64,000 nt of DNA from Octopus vulgaris (Eukaryota): the NCBI GenBank assembly GCA_951406725.2, contig OX597823.1:81220001-81284000 (forward strand), read 5' to 3'. The translations under genes and the position numbers were made by a program. Each line of letters begins with the position of its first letter. Positions within the stretch are counted from its first letter, which is position 1. The notes under the pieces are model-generated. The model was given only the letters and a program-made list of their open reading frames with translations, was not told the origin of the DNA and made no database searches. This document shows positions 28,251 to 41,328 of the stretch, piece after piece.

Positions 28251-31200
28251 AAACCAGTAGAAATAATTCTATTATTGCTAATATGTGTTACTGGATGTCA
28301 TCTACTATTTATTTTTGACATATTTAAACATATATGTGTGCGTGTGATTATATATATATAAAAAAAAAAACGAGAATACCCAACAAATATTGCAAAAAAT
28401 GTCTCATATATCTATAAATATTTTTAAATGAATTTGATTACGGATAATAAAGAAATGAATCATAAAATAAATGGTATTTTTGAGGGATTAATTACATTAT
28501 AGCAGTTGTCTCCCTTGTAGAATGGGGAGATATTTTGTCGGTGAACTTGTAATTAATGTAACTATAACTTAACATAATTCTATAAAATATTTATAGCAGT
28601 TTTAGTCCTAACTATTTGAGCAATTATTCTAATAGCAATTATATTTCGACTATTTTCCCTCTTCTTCTGAACTTCTGCATTTTCCTATATTATTATTTTA
28701 TGAAAATATCTGTTAGTAATACAATGTTGATTAAAACCTATAATTTTTATTTATCTTTTTCATTTTCCTAAAATAATTGTAATTAGTTTAAATTCTTTCA
28801 AATAAAACAATGTTCGTAAAAACTGTAAGAATTACCTCCCTTAGATTTGCTTTATAAGTTTCACAGAGACAGACAGAATTTTGTATGGATTCTAATTATT
28901 TCAAGGTTACAAATATTGATATCGACTACAGTGTATCATGGGTAGTTATTTCCTCGAATTAAATGGCAAAATCAAGTTTCGCGAGATCGGAACTCATTGT
29001 GGGAAGGGATTTAACAAGATTAGAAAAGAATTGTTTTCAGCTAAATAAATTTACCTTTGGTATTTTATTTACATTCTGAGTTCAGTTCCTGTCAAGCTCA
29101 CTTCGCCTTTCAACTTTCTGGGATTGGTAAAGAAAGTCATTTTTACACTAATTTTTCGAGTTCTAGTACTCACAGACCCATTTATCTGGTTTTCATGGTG
29201 TATAAGTAACCAAGATCACAGCATTCCCTCTAAATGGAAAACCAGTTTGTTGCAGCTGAGTGGACTTGAGCAACATAAAATGAAGTGTTTTACACAGCAT
29301 CCAGTCCAGGAATTGAAAGCACAATCGCAAGATCATGAGTGGGATACCTTTACTACTAGGCCAACCACCTTCTCGATAGTAAAATAATACAAGGTTAATT
29401 TTAATTGACTATACACAATGACATAGGTCAGCAAACTACAGCCTTGGGCCAAATCTAGCTCACAGCCTCATTTCATCTGACCTGTCAACTTTACTGAATA
29501 TGTGACATTATATACAAATACTCCTTGTCTTTTTTTATTTATCTACTGATGTAAGCATCAGCATGCATCATTGGCTATAAGAAGTTGGAATCTGATTTCT
29601 TGATGTTCATAATACAACTGGAAAGATATTTCTGCTCATTTAACTGCTTGCAAGGCATAACTGTTGCAAGTGTTTCTTCAATATTATCACCAAACTCATT
29701 CTTGAAGGCTGTGTACCACTTTAATTTGCTTTTTAAATTTGGGCAGAAATGATGCATATGCTTGCAACAATGCCAAAAATCCAGGAATCAGAGACATTCA
29801 TATAAGATATCAAATACTTTCTATGATGAATACACACTGGCACACAGAGAGCTTTGGAGGTCCTGGAGATGGCATTGCAGAGTTGCATTACCATAGTTTT
29901 TAAATAGGCGAATGATCAATGGTGTTGTCAGATGACATCTATCAAATTTTACTAGCGGTCACCAAAACAATAAAAGCCAATGGTTACCTTTAAGTGGCAC
30001 ATAAAATCATCCATTACACTCTCGGAGTGGTTGGTATTAATACTTAAAAGTCTTCAAACTGTATACACATAGGAGAGTCAGTCTTTTGAGAGATCAGCCA
30101 TCCAGTCATTTTTCCAAAACTTTTTTACAAGTTAGTGAGGGAAGATTTCCTTCCAATAATAGTGGTACTATGACCCCAGTCCCAGCTTCTGTACAGGGGT
30201 TAAGATAGCAGATGAATTAATATTAATGGTATTCCTCAACCTACCACAAATGCTAGGGGTTACTAACATAAAATAGCAGCTTTTGCAAGCACTTCCAAGA
30301 AACAGTTGTCCCTAAAAATCAGTAGACAGTGTTAAGACGATGTTTACACTGTATTAAGAGATGTTTACATGAAGAGAAATATATTCTCAAAGGCTAGTTT
30401 ATGCTACTGTAGAAGAAATGACACCAGTAATCTCTCCCTCTTGACCATTCTCACAACTGACCCTCCTTACAGTCAATCATCCATTAGATCTGTCTGTTCT
30501 CTTTCCATTCTGTCTTTCTTACACTTTTCTCTCTTTTTTCCTTTTTTCTTTTTCTCTCCTCTTTATTTCTTGCCATCTACTTCAGTCTCTCTCTACCTTC
30601 CTATACCTACAATCATAATTTTCTGCTCTGGTCTCTCTTGTCTTTTCTGAACTTCAATACTAACCTGATCTTTTCCTAGGGAAAAGAAATAATTCTTTGA
30701 CCCATGACTATCAGTTGCTGCTTCTAAGCTACTAACTCTTAAAAGTAACAATTTTATCTTTATAATAAACATTCTTTTATTTAATTCCTTGAAAATCTTT
30801 GCACACAGAATTTCTGCAGCAGCCATCTTTTGCTGTTTTCAACATAAATCCAACTGATGAATGTAGTGCAATCAATCTTACATGAAACCCAGTTGTGTTA
30901 CATAATTTATTAGTATGTTTATCATTAACCCTTTAGTTTTTAAACTGGCCATATTGGGCACAAGTATTTTACCTGTTTTATATTCAAACTAACCAGATCC
31001 ACCTTCTCACACTTACTCTACAATACCATTCCAAAAGGTTAACAGTTACATCATTGAAATCTCAAAGCTACAAGGTAATGCACAATTAGTTCAAATGAAT
31101 GTGAATAAATATAAACATTACACTTGACTGAGTAATCTGAATGTTGAAGAGTTAAACTATATTATGCATAGGTGAGTGCTTTTCTTTTAACAAAGAACTA

Positions 31201-31391
31201 CAGCTGATCATGTATACATACATTAAATATATATAATGCATATAGGCACAGGCATGGCTGTGTGGTACGAAGCTTGCTTCCTAACCATATGGTTCCAGGT
31301 TCAGTCCCACTGCATGGCACCTTGGGCAAGTGTCTTCTGCTATAGCCTTGGGCAAACCAAAGGCTTATGAGTGAATTTGAAAAAAGCCCGT

Positions 31392-31436
<45 letters not shown>

Positions 31437-31439
<3 letters not shown>

Positions 31440-32216
31440 AATTAGAGAATGGAGAAACATATTTAAATCAATAAAACATCAACTATCCGATGATGCTCAA
31501 TCCATACTTTAATACACCATTACATAGGAGTAAAGGCAATATATAAAATGAAATGAAATGAGATATACAGTAATAGTAAAAGTAAAAAGATAAAGAGATA
31601 TAAGTAAAAAATTACAAATACAATATGCAAATAAATCAAAACTGACAGCTGTTTCGGCAGTGAGGACAGTCATACCTCATTTAACCTATAAGCCATAAAG
31701 GCAGGTATAAATGAGGCATTAACAAAGATGCCCCACGGCCTCTTCAGAGAATTAAATTAAATTTGTTATAATAGTGAAAAATATTATATAATCATATACA
31801 TATAAATATAAAAATATAAAAAAGTAAAATATAAAAACTTATACATCATAATGCTACACTTGTATAATATAATACACATTTGTACAAAAAGGAAGGTAGC
31901 CAGAACAAAATAAAACAAAATATATAACAGTGTATATATAATATTAATAAGTACCGATATCATACATATTTAGCTAATAGTTTTTTTTATATAAAAAAAA
32001 AGGGCTAACACATATGGAGATGAAAAATAATAATAATTAAATCAAGTGGTACAGTTCATAAAATTCTAAAGCTATAAAAGTTAATAAAAATTACTATTAA
32101 TAATAATAATAATAATAATAATGGAAGGATGGACTTGGTGATAACTTAACTGTATCTATTTTATTATTTTATTTTTTATTATTTTTATTATTTTTTATTA
32201 TTTTTATTATTATTAC

Positions 32217-32250
<34 letters not shown>

Positions 32251-33088
32251 AGTAATTTTTATTAACTTTTATAGCTTTAGAATTTTATGAACTGTACCAC
32301 TTGATTTAATTATTATTATTTTTCATCTCCATATGTGTTAGCCCTTTTTTTTTATATAAAAAAAACTATTAGCTAAATATGTATGATATCGGTACTTATT
32401 AATATTATATATACACTGTTATATATTTTGTTTTATTTTGTTCTGGCTACCTTCCTTTTTGTACAAATGTGTATTATATTATACAAGTGTAGCATTATGA
32501 TGTATAAGTTTTTATATTTTACTTTTTTATATTTTTATATTTATATGTATATGATTATATAATATTTTTCACTATTATAACAAATTTAATTTAATTCTCT
32601 GAAGAGGCCGTGGGGCATCTTTGTTAATGCCTCATTTATACCTGCCTTTATGGCTTATAGGTTAAATGAGGTATGACTGTCCTCACTGCCGAAACAGCTG
32701 TCAGTTTTGATTTATTTGCATATTGTATTTGTAATTTTTTACTTATATCTCTTTATCTTTTTACTTTTACTATTACTGTATATCTCATTTCATTTCATTT
32801 TATATATTGCCTTTACTCCTATGTAATGGTGTATTAAAGTATGGATTGAGCATCATCGGATAGTTGATGTTTTATTGATTTAAATATGTTTCTCCATTCT
32901 CTAATTTTGTAGTATTAATTTACGGTAATATTATTACCCTTACCCATTTAATACAATAGATGAACTGATTGCTTGGCAATTTCTAACATCTATGTATCAA
33001 TTTTGTTGGGTACCTATCTAGCAGTATATTGGATATATATTATCCCATGGTGGGTTGAATTTTCAACCCCTATCTCATTTTATAACCT
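31437..33088 (+). mobile_element. Hairpin element A: ~685-bp near-perfect inverted repeat plus ~180-bp tail; probable Penelope-like inverted pLTR remnant
   Basis: Arms ~31439-32122 and ~32225-32910 are reverse complements; flanked by (TA)n; hammerhead motif in each arm. Confidence 0.75.
32593..32708 (+). ncRNA. Type I hammerhead ribozyme motif (mirror copy ~31638-31753 on - strand)
   Basis: CTGAAGA (32599), long stem II GGC..GCC, GAAA (32691), palindromic stem III CAGCTG, GTC cleavage triplet (32700-32702); stem I is short (CT/AG). Confidence 0.72.
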
Positions 33089-33911
33089 ATATATATATAT
33101 ATATACATACACATGCACACACAAATGCATACACACATATTTATACATATATATATATATGTATATATATTTATATGTATGTGTCCTTGTGTCTGTCTTT
33201 GTTCCCAAATCATTGCTTGACAACTGATGTTGGTGTGTTTATGTCCATGTAACTCAGTGGTTCAGCAAAAGTGATCGATAAAATAAGTACTAGACTTACA
33301 AAGAATAAGTCCTGGGGTCAATTTCTTTGGCTAAAACCTTTTAAAGTGGTGCTCCAGCTTGGCTGCAGTCAAACGACTGAAACAAGTAAAAGTATATCAT
33401 CATAATTTAATGTCTGTTGTCCATGCTGGCATGAGTTGGATGGTTTGACCAGGGCTCGTACATTGATAAGCTGTACCAGACTCTTGTCTGATTTGGCATA
33501 ATTTCTATGGCTGGATGCCTTTCTTAACGCCAGCCCCTCTGAGAGTGCAATGGATGATTTTATGTGCCAGTGGCACAGGTGCCACTTGTGTGACACCAGT
33601 ATCTGCCATGACCATGATTTCACTTGGTTTGATGGGTCTTCTTCTCAAACATAACATGTTGGCAAAGGTCTTGGTCATTTGTCATTGCCTCCATGATGTC
33701 CAACACTCAAAATGTGCTTTTTGACAGGCCACTGACATGGGTACCAGTTACATGACACCAGCATCATCTACGACTACAATTTCACTTGGCTTAACGTGTT
33801 TTCTCAATCACGCCACATTGTCAAAGGTCTCAGTCGCTAGACATTACCTCTGTGAGACCCAACATTAAAAGATCATGCTTCACCACCTTATCACATGACT
33901 TCCTATATATA

Positions 33912-34200
33912 TATTATATAGAGGGCATTACTATACATGAATGCCACATGCTAGATGGGACTCTTAAAGTCAAATCTACCAAAATAAATAAACACATTGG
34001 ACCGATGTGTTTATTTATTTTGGTAGTTTTGACTTTAAGAGTCCCTCCTAGTGTGTGGCATTTATGTATAGTAACGCCCTCTATATAATATAAATAAATA
34101 TATTTAAGAGAAAAAATTGATGGATTTTTCTCTTATGAGGTTTTTCACGCTAACTACTTGATAAATTCTTATAAAGATTTTATCCTATTTTTAAATAGTA
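33912..34200 (+). mobile_element. Hairpin element B: ~89-bp arms, 1-nt centre at 34001, ~110-bp tail
   Basis: GAGGGCATTACTATAC...GTATAGTAACGCCCTC imperfect palindrome between TA runs; no canonical hammerhead core seen. Confidence 0.65.
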
Positions 34201-34285
34201 ATATATATATATATATATATGTCTAACTATCTATCTATCTACCTATCTATCAATCTATCTATTTCTCTATTTGTCTATCTCTCTA

Positions 34286-34322
<37 letters not shown>

Positions 34323-34395
34323 ATATATACACACACACATATATATATATATATAACTATGTATATATTTATATATATACATACATATATCTATA

Positions 34396-34439
<44 letters not shown>

Positions 34440-34775
34440 AAATAGCATGAAGTGTAAGGATGCAGAAAAGCATCAAGCCAAGGAAACGGAAAGAATTTTC
34501 ACTTACTGTTATTTCTCTGTTTGCTTGGTGCTTTTACGGTGGTTTAATTGAAACTTTAACTCTTATTTCTAGCAGGTTGATGCTTTTCTGCATCCTTACG
34601 CTTCATTCTAATTTGTATATTATAGCTAAAGAATGCATTTTGCCTGGGAACTATCTATGTTACTACTGTTGACACCATCAATTTTAAATTTTATCCACAG
34701 ATAATATTAACAATAGTAACATCTTATTTCAAACTTTAGTGTTTGAATGTTATGTTCACATATATATAATATACA

Positions 34776-35979
34776 CAGGGGTTGGACAAAATAATAGAAA
34801 CACCTCAAAATTTCAAACAAATTTATTTTAATATTGGGTAGGACCACCTTTGGCAGTAATTACAGCTTGAATTCTATGAGGTATGGACTCATACAAAGTT
34901 TGAATTGTTTCAGAAGGAATTTTTGTTCATTCTTCAGCTAAAACAGTCTCCAGTTCTGATAGTGATGATGGTGGAGGATTTCGACTTCTTATTTCTTTTT
35001 CTAAAATGCACCATAAATATATTCAATAATATTGAGATCTGGGGACTGTGGAGGCCAGATAAGATGTTCAAGTTCACTAGAATGTTCCTCATGCCTTTCA
35101 GTAACAACTTTAGCTGTGTAGATTGGTGCATTATCATCCTGAAAGATTGCATTTTCCTCCAGAAACAGTTCTGCAACCATAGGATGAATTTGATCAGATA
35201 AAATGCTTAAATAGTCTTAACTATTAATTCTACCATGAAGGGAAACCATTGGGCCAACGGATTTCCAAGATATAGCCCAGATCATCATAGATCCTCCTCC
35301 ATGTTTAACAGTTGGAAGAAGGCAGTCTGGGTCAAATGTTTCTTTTAGCTGTCTCCACATGTATACTCAGCCAGTGGTTGGAAATAAGGTAAAGGATGAC
35401 TCATCCAAGAAAATAACATTATTCTACTCTAAATGCTTTGCAACGTTTGTTTTTGAAAGTAGTGGTTTTCTGATTGCAGCCCTCCCCTGAAATCTGGCTT
35501 TGTGCAGCTCCCAGTGAACAGTTTTTGAGGAAACTGGGTTCTCAAGGAGGGAGCTGTACTTTTGTGATCCTTTCTAACATTTCACATAAAAGTCCAATGG
35601 TCCGTATTTGAACGTTTTGGTTTTCTTCTGGAGTTTTGTTTTGACAAGGAGATTTTTCCCTCTTTTTCAAAGACTGCCATTACTTTCCAGACAGTATTTC
35701 TTGATACACCAAACATTTCAGCTGTTTTCATTATGCTAGTGCCTCCCATACGAGCACCAACAATTTGACCTCTTTGAAAGTTCAACAGATCTGTCATTTT
35801 GATGAATTTTAATTACCTTTTTCTGATGGTATCTGAGAAGAAACAGCAATTTTAGCAAAACATATTAAGCAACACTAATAATAAATCAAAAAAACTTACA
35901 AGTAAACAAGCTTTTGACGGTTTTATAGGTATTTCAAAGTTATGATGCTAGGTGTTTCCATTATTTTGTCCAACCACTG
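34776..35979 (-). mobile_element. Tc1-family element with both TIRs and a degenerate transposase
   Basis: TIRs CAGGGGTTGGACAAAATAATAGAAACACCT / AGGTGTTTCCATTATTTTGTCCAACCACTG. Minus-strand peptide fragments: MTDLLNFQRGQIVGARMGG HTH, HGGGSMMIW, FQDDNAPI, WPPQSPDLNIIE. Confidence 0.92.
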
Positions 35980-36601
35980 TATATATATATATATGTACAT
36001 GTCTGTGTGTGTACATACACAAAACACACATATATTGTGTTTGCTTTTTAATATATATGTACCAATTGTATAAATTGTGAGGTCATTGTCTATAGGTATC
36101 TATTGTCATTCATTTGATAAGCAACTTAAAAATGATTGTATAATTTACAGATTACTTGTGATATTTAAATAAACTGTAACATTTATTTGTCTTTTTTTTT
36201 TATCTCATCAAAATCATGACATTTTTCTTTCACTCTTTTTCCCATGGAAAAACTTTTCCATGACCACAGGGGGAATGTAATAGGAACTCCAGATGGATGA
36301 AAAGCAAAGCTAATTCCTGTGAGACTTAAATCAAAAATTTAGAAAGATAAAAGTTAGATAATATCAGGAGAAATTCTTTACTCAGCATTTTTAACAGGTA
36401 CAGTGGTTAAGAAGCTTACTTTGATACTATGTGGTTTTAAGTTCAGTCCCCCTGCATGGCACCTAGGGCAAGTGTATTTTACTATAGCCTTGGGCTGTGA
36501 CTGAATTTGGTAGACAGAATCTCTGTCTCCCCGCCTCTCTCTCTCTCTCTTTCTCTCTGTATATATATAGATATGTATGTGTGTATATATATAGATATGT
36601 A

Positions 36602-36646
<45 letters not shown>

Positions 36647-36651
<5 letters not shown>

Positions 36652-37120
36652 TCAAAATAAAAACATGATGCCAAGGAATCAGTGGTACATATGTTTTGGG
36701 CCTTTATTAGACGGATTTATAACAATGCATAATGTGTGTCTGTGGCTTTTTTCAGCCGCGCACAACTACTACCTCAAGGACATGTATTACATCAAAAATT
36801 CTACGTTGGGGATGCAAATCCTCTCATTCGCGTACGACATAATGCGGCAACAGCATAAAAATGAAGCGTCCATTTTGTTCTTCTCTCAACGTAGAATTTT
36901 TGATATAATACATGTCCTTGAGGTAGTAGTTGTACGCGGCTGAAAAAGGCCACAGACACACATTATGCATTGTTATAAATCCGTCTAATAAAGGCCCGAA
37001 ACATATGTACCGCTGAATCGTTGGCATCATGTTTTTATTTTGATTAATTTACTCCACCACCTACACCACCAAACGGTATATACAGGTGCTTACAATTATC
37101 AAGTACTCACTCTGAATTTC
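36647..37120 (+). mobile_element. Hairpin element C: ~160-bp arms, 78-nt loop, ~70-bp tail
   Basis: Arms 36647-36808 and 36887-37048, about 7 mismatches; preceded by (TA)n downstream of a SINE head. Confidence 0.75.
36936..37013 (+). ncRNA. Hammerhead-like motif with a G8A core variant (mirror copy in the left arm)
   Basis: Stem I GCGG/CCGC, CTGAAAA, stem II GGCC..GGCC, GAAA, palindromic CATATG, GTA triplet. Confidence 0.6.
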
Positions 37121-37779
37121 TATATATATATAATATATATACATACACACACACATATAGGAAAAATATAATTGGCTGTTTATATTAATTTTTGTATATC
37201 CCATCGCTCACACACACACACAGAGGAGATATATCTTTCTCTTTCTTCCTGCTTCTGCCCCATCTCTCTCTCTCTCTCCCTCTCTCATTTTCTATCTATA
37301 AGTGTATATTTCTTTGCATGCATGTGTGTGTGTATGTGTATGTGTTTGCCTCCAGTGCCAAAATGTACTGTGACCAAAACAGGTTGAATGTGTCCTGTCA
37401 GCCTTGCCAAATCATCAACACCAGAAAAGCTATTTCCAATCGTCTCATTCTGCTTTTGGAACATGACTGGAACACTTACAGATTACCATAGACATAACCT
37501 GTCTACCATTTTACTGATGAGGCCATGCAGCACCATCCAATTATACTAATTACAAATGTGATGTTAGACACCTTCGTTAACTAACCACCATTATATTTTC
37601 AGTTCAACATTTGAGTTGTTGTAATTCATTAGCGTTTCAGTTTATTTACTGGACAGCGTTATAGTCATTTGACATTGCTATGTTGATTACTAATCAATAC
37701 ATTGTTATCATATTTGTAATGAAGTTTAATATCAGAAATATTGTGTTCTTTCATGATCTATCGCTATGCTGATTCATCA

Positions 37780-38850
37780 AAGGTATTTCTTAATTTTAGG
37801 AAAAGTTCATATGAGCACAACATAAGAAATCATTGTTTGCATTATCTACAATGCTGTCTGAAGCAATGATTTGCATATTAATTCTTAATATATTCAAACA
37901 GATTCAAACACAAATATGCCAGTAGCTGTTGTGTATGACACAAAAGAACAACTTCTCCCTTTTACGATGACAGAGTGTTCATATACATTCAGCATATTAG
38001 TGCAAGGGAGTTATGGACACCTATGTTTCGACATATTGTGTCTCGTCTATTAGAATCACCTGAATCTTTAAGCCTAAATCACCAGCTGGCTATGTTTATA
38101 CTGTTTGCTGATCAATGCTTATATCTGCCAACTGATAAGATACTGCTATTTCACAATGTATAGTAAAGTCTGAAATGACAATTTGCATATTGACTCTTAA
38201 TATATTCCAACAAATGCAAATATGCTAGCTGCTGCTGTGTATAGCACGGAAGAACAATTTCTATGTTTAATATGACAGTGTGTTCATAATGCCCTTCACT
38301 CATTGGTGCAAGAGATTCTAGGACAACTGTGTTTTGTTATGTTGTGCCTTATCTGCTAGAAGCACTGAGGCCTTTGAGTCTGAACAACCCACTGTTTTTT
38401 TTTTATACTTTCAGTAAATAAAATGTTTGGTAGTCAGTGTTTCTTTCTGCAAACCAATAGAAAATCATTGTTTGCACTGTGTACAGCAAGAGCTGAAACA
38501 ATAATTTACATATTTATTTTTAATATGTTCTCACAGATTCAAACACGAATATACTAGTCACAGAACAACTTCTCCTTTTCACAATGACAGTGTGTTCATG
38601 ACTCACTTGGCTCATTGGTGTAAAGGATTCTGGGACACCTGTATTTTGACATGTGTCTCATCCACAATAGCACCCAGGCCTTTGAACCTAATCAACCTGC
38701 TGGCTTTGTTTATTATTTCAGCAAGTGGATTATTTGCTGATCAGTGCTTATATCTACTAACTGATAGAAAATTGTTATTTGTACTGTGCACAACAAGACC
38801 TGAAACAATGATTTGCGTTGATATTTTCAGAACATTCCAGCAGATTCTAA
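37780..38850. repeat. Diverged tandem array, ~310-bp unit, about 3.5 units
   Basis: The motif (GA)AAATCATTGTTTGC..CTGAAACAATGATTTGCATATT..AGAACAACTTCTCC recurs near 37828, 38136, 38460 and 38765. Confidence 0.7.
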
Positions 38851-39426
38851 GAATTTTCTTGAAAGTGTTGAAATTCAGTAACCATATGTACCACATGTAT
38901 GTGGAACAACTTTGCAAAGCCATTGTGTCTTCACTGGTAGAAATGTAAGACTGTTGGGAAAAAAATGTTATAGTGTTGGTTTCAGTCCTTGGCTCTTTAC
39001 ATTCTGAGTTTAAATTTGCTTTTCATCCTTTCGGGGTTGATGAAATAAAGTACCAGTCAACTACTAGGGTCAATGGCATCAACCAACACTCCTTTCATCA
39101 AAATTGCTGGCATTGTTCCTAAACAGGAAAAACCATTCTTCTTCTCCACCTCCTCCCCATCATCATCATCATCATCACCACCACCACCACCATCATCACC
39201 ACCCACTAACATTTTCACCTTCATAATCATTGCCATCATCACTCTCACCACCACGACCATTACCATAATCATCATCATCATTATTAATTGACCAATGGCG
39301 GTGAACTCTGACAAAGACTTAACAAAGTCCAAAATCACAATAAGTTCAATAACTGTTTTACTACTGAGAACTTGAGGTGAATATTTCTTCATTTTCTTTT
39401 ACAATTATGTTTAATCTCTCTCTCAA

Positions 39427-39493
<67 letters not shown>

Positions 39494-40419
39494 ACACATG
39501 TATATATACATATATATATATACATACATATATACATATATATATGCATAAATATATACATACATACATACATATATGTACACATACATACACATACATA
39601 CATACACACACATACACATACATACATACACATACATACACACATACATACACACACATACACACATACATACATACATACATACATACATACACATATA
39701 TATATATAATTAATCCAAAAAAATGAAGAAAAAACAACAGCACGTAGACGTGGTACATGCAAAGTATTAAAAGATGCTCAAAGTATTAAAAGCTGCAAAA
39801 TTATCATAGAACTGTTACTCAGAGTTTCATGTTCCCATTTGTTGTTACAGTTCACAACTGTCTGGTGAACAGTTGAGTAATAATTTTGCACCTTTAATAA
39901 AAAGTACTTACTCTACCTTTGATATTCGAGTACTATTTTTTCCACCTTATTTTGCACTTATGTGCTTACCTGTGTATGTGTGTGTGTGTTTGTGAACATA
40001 TGTGTGTGTGTGTGTGTGTGCCTTTTATCTTTTACTTGTTTTGTTTCAGTTGTTGGACTGTATCCATGCTGGGGCATCACCGCGAAGAGGTTTTTAGTTG
40101 AATCAACTGATATCAGTACTTATTAATAATATTGTTTATCCTTCACCTAACTCAGAACCTGCAATTTGTTTGGATCTGGAGTTTATAGAAGGCAATGCAA
40201 TAGGTGCAGTGAGTGTAGCCATGCGTGACCATCATGACTCATTGTGTATTCAGTCAGTCATTTGTGAATGTATGATATAACCAGGGAACAAATCCATGCT
40301 TACTTTAGTGAGTAACTTCGTGATCAAACATTGTACCTGATAGCATTATCCCTGACCTGACCTTAGTGTTTTCACTATTCAAATACCTGATTCACTCAAA
40401 TCCTGGAAATTATATATAT

Positions 40420-40762
40420 ATAATGTAAAGTATAGAAGCCATCTTATCATGGCTAACCACATTGGGGAGGGGGTGTTACTGTAGCTTTATAGCCCCAAGA
40501 GGTCTTCGTCTCTAGCTGGCTTTAGACACAATATCAGTGTCCTTGGAGTATTTGCAAAGGGAGGCCATCCCTTCCTCGCAAGCCTCAAATACTCCAAGGA
40601 CACTGATATTGTGTCTAAAGCCAGCTAGAGACGAAGACCTCTTGGGGCTATAAAGCTACAGTAACACCCCCTCCCCAATGTGGTTAGCCATGATAAGATG
40701 GCTTCTATACTTTACATTATCGAGTGATTACTGTTTCAATCTCATTCTGAGATTTAATTATA
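40420..40762 (+). mobile_element. Hairpin element D: perfect 135-bp arms, 31-nt loop, ~42-bp tail
   Basis: 40420-40554 is the exact reverse complement of 40586-40720; flanked by TA runs. Confidence 0.78.
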
Positions 40763-40763
40763 C

Positions 40764-40810
<47 letters not shown>

Positions 40811-40831
40811 ATATGTATATATATATATATA

Positions 40832-41031
40832 TAAAGTTAATCCAAACAAGAAAGCACAAAAGAACACAACAACGCGAGGACGTGGAACAAATATAGTATT
40901 ATCGGACGCTCAGGAAAGAAGTAGGGTTTAACGTTTCGAGCGGAGCTCTTCATCGGAAACATAGGAGAAGGAAAGATCCAGAGAAGGGAAGACAGAGGAA
41001 AAAAAATTACCAACGGTACACACGAGGTCAC

Positions 41032-41033
<2 letters not shown>
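40832..41033 (-). mobile_element. Short TA-flanked element with a minimal hammerhead motif (40926-40960)
   Basis: Minus strand GTTT CCGATGA A GAGC TCC GCTC GAAA CG TT AAAC; related to the 54183-54325 element. Confidence 0.6.
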
Positions 41034-41073
<40 letters not shown>

Positions 41074-41281
41074 TTATATATATTCCTGTATGTTATATTT
41101 TAATAATTACTGGTATATTTATATATTAATATATTTTATATGTAAAGCATAATATGTTAAACATGTATGTATATTCTTGTAATTGTCATTTTAGTAAATA
41201 AATAAATAAGTTGACATAGAATGTCTAAAAGTTGATGAACCACCTATTGATCCCCTCCATTTTCTTATTGCTGTATATAAA

Positions 41282-41325
<44 letters not shown>

Positions 41326-41328
<3 letters not shown>

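Larger units (their letters stand above)
31245..33392 (+). mobile_element. CORE-like tRNA SINE split by the hairpin element A insertion (head 31245-31395, tail ~33175-33392)
   Basis: Head and tail match the uninterrupted copies at 55042-55475 and 58219-58672; the insertion sits in the internal (TA)n. Confidence 0.75.

Noticed and set aside
36497-37030. Opposite-strand ORFs with near-identical peptides
   Set aside because: A consequence of the palindrome in element C.
37515-37530. CTGATGAGGCC hammerhead core (similar lone cores at ~14462, 30855, 58005)
   Set aside because: No stem II, GAAA and NUH arrangement downstream.
40555-40590. HDV-like ribozyme in the element D loop (TCCTCGC inside GAGGC/GCCTC)
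   Set aside because: P3 pairs poorly, and no GG for P1.1 or P2 partner follows.
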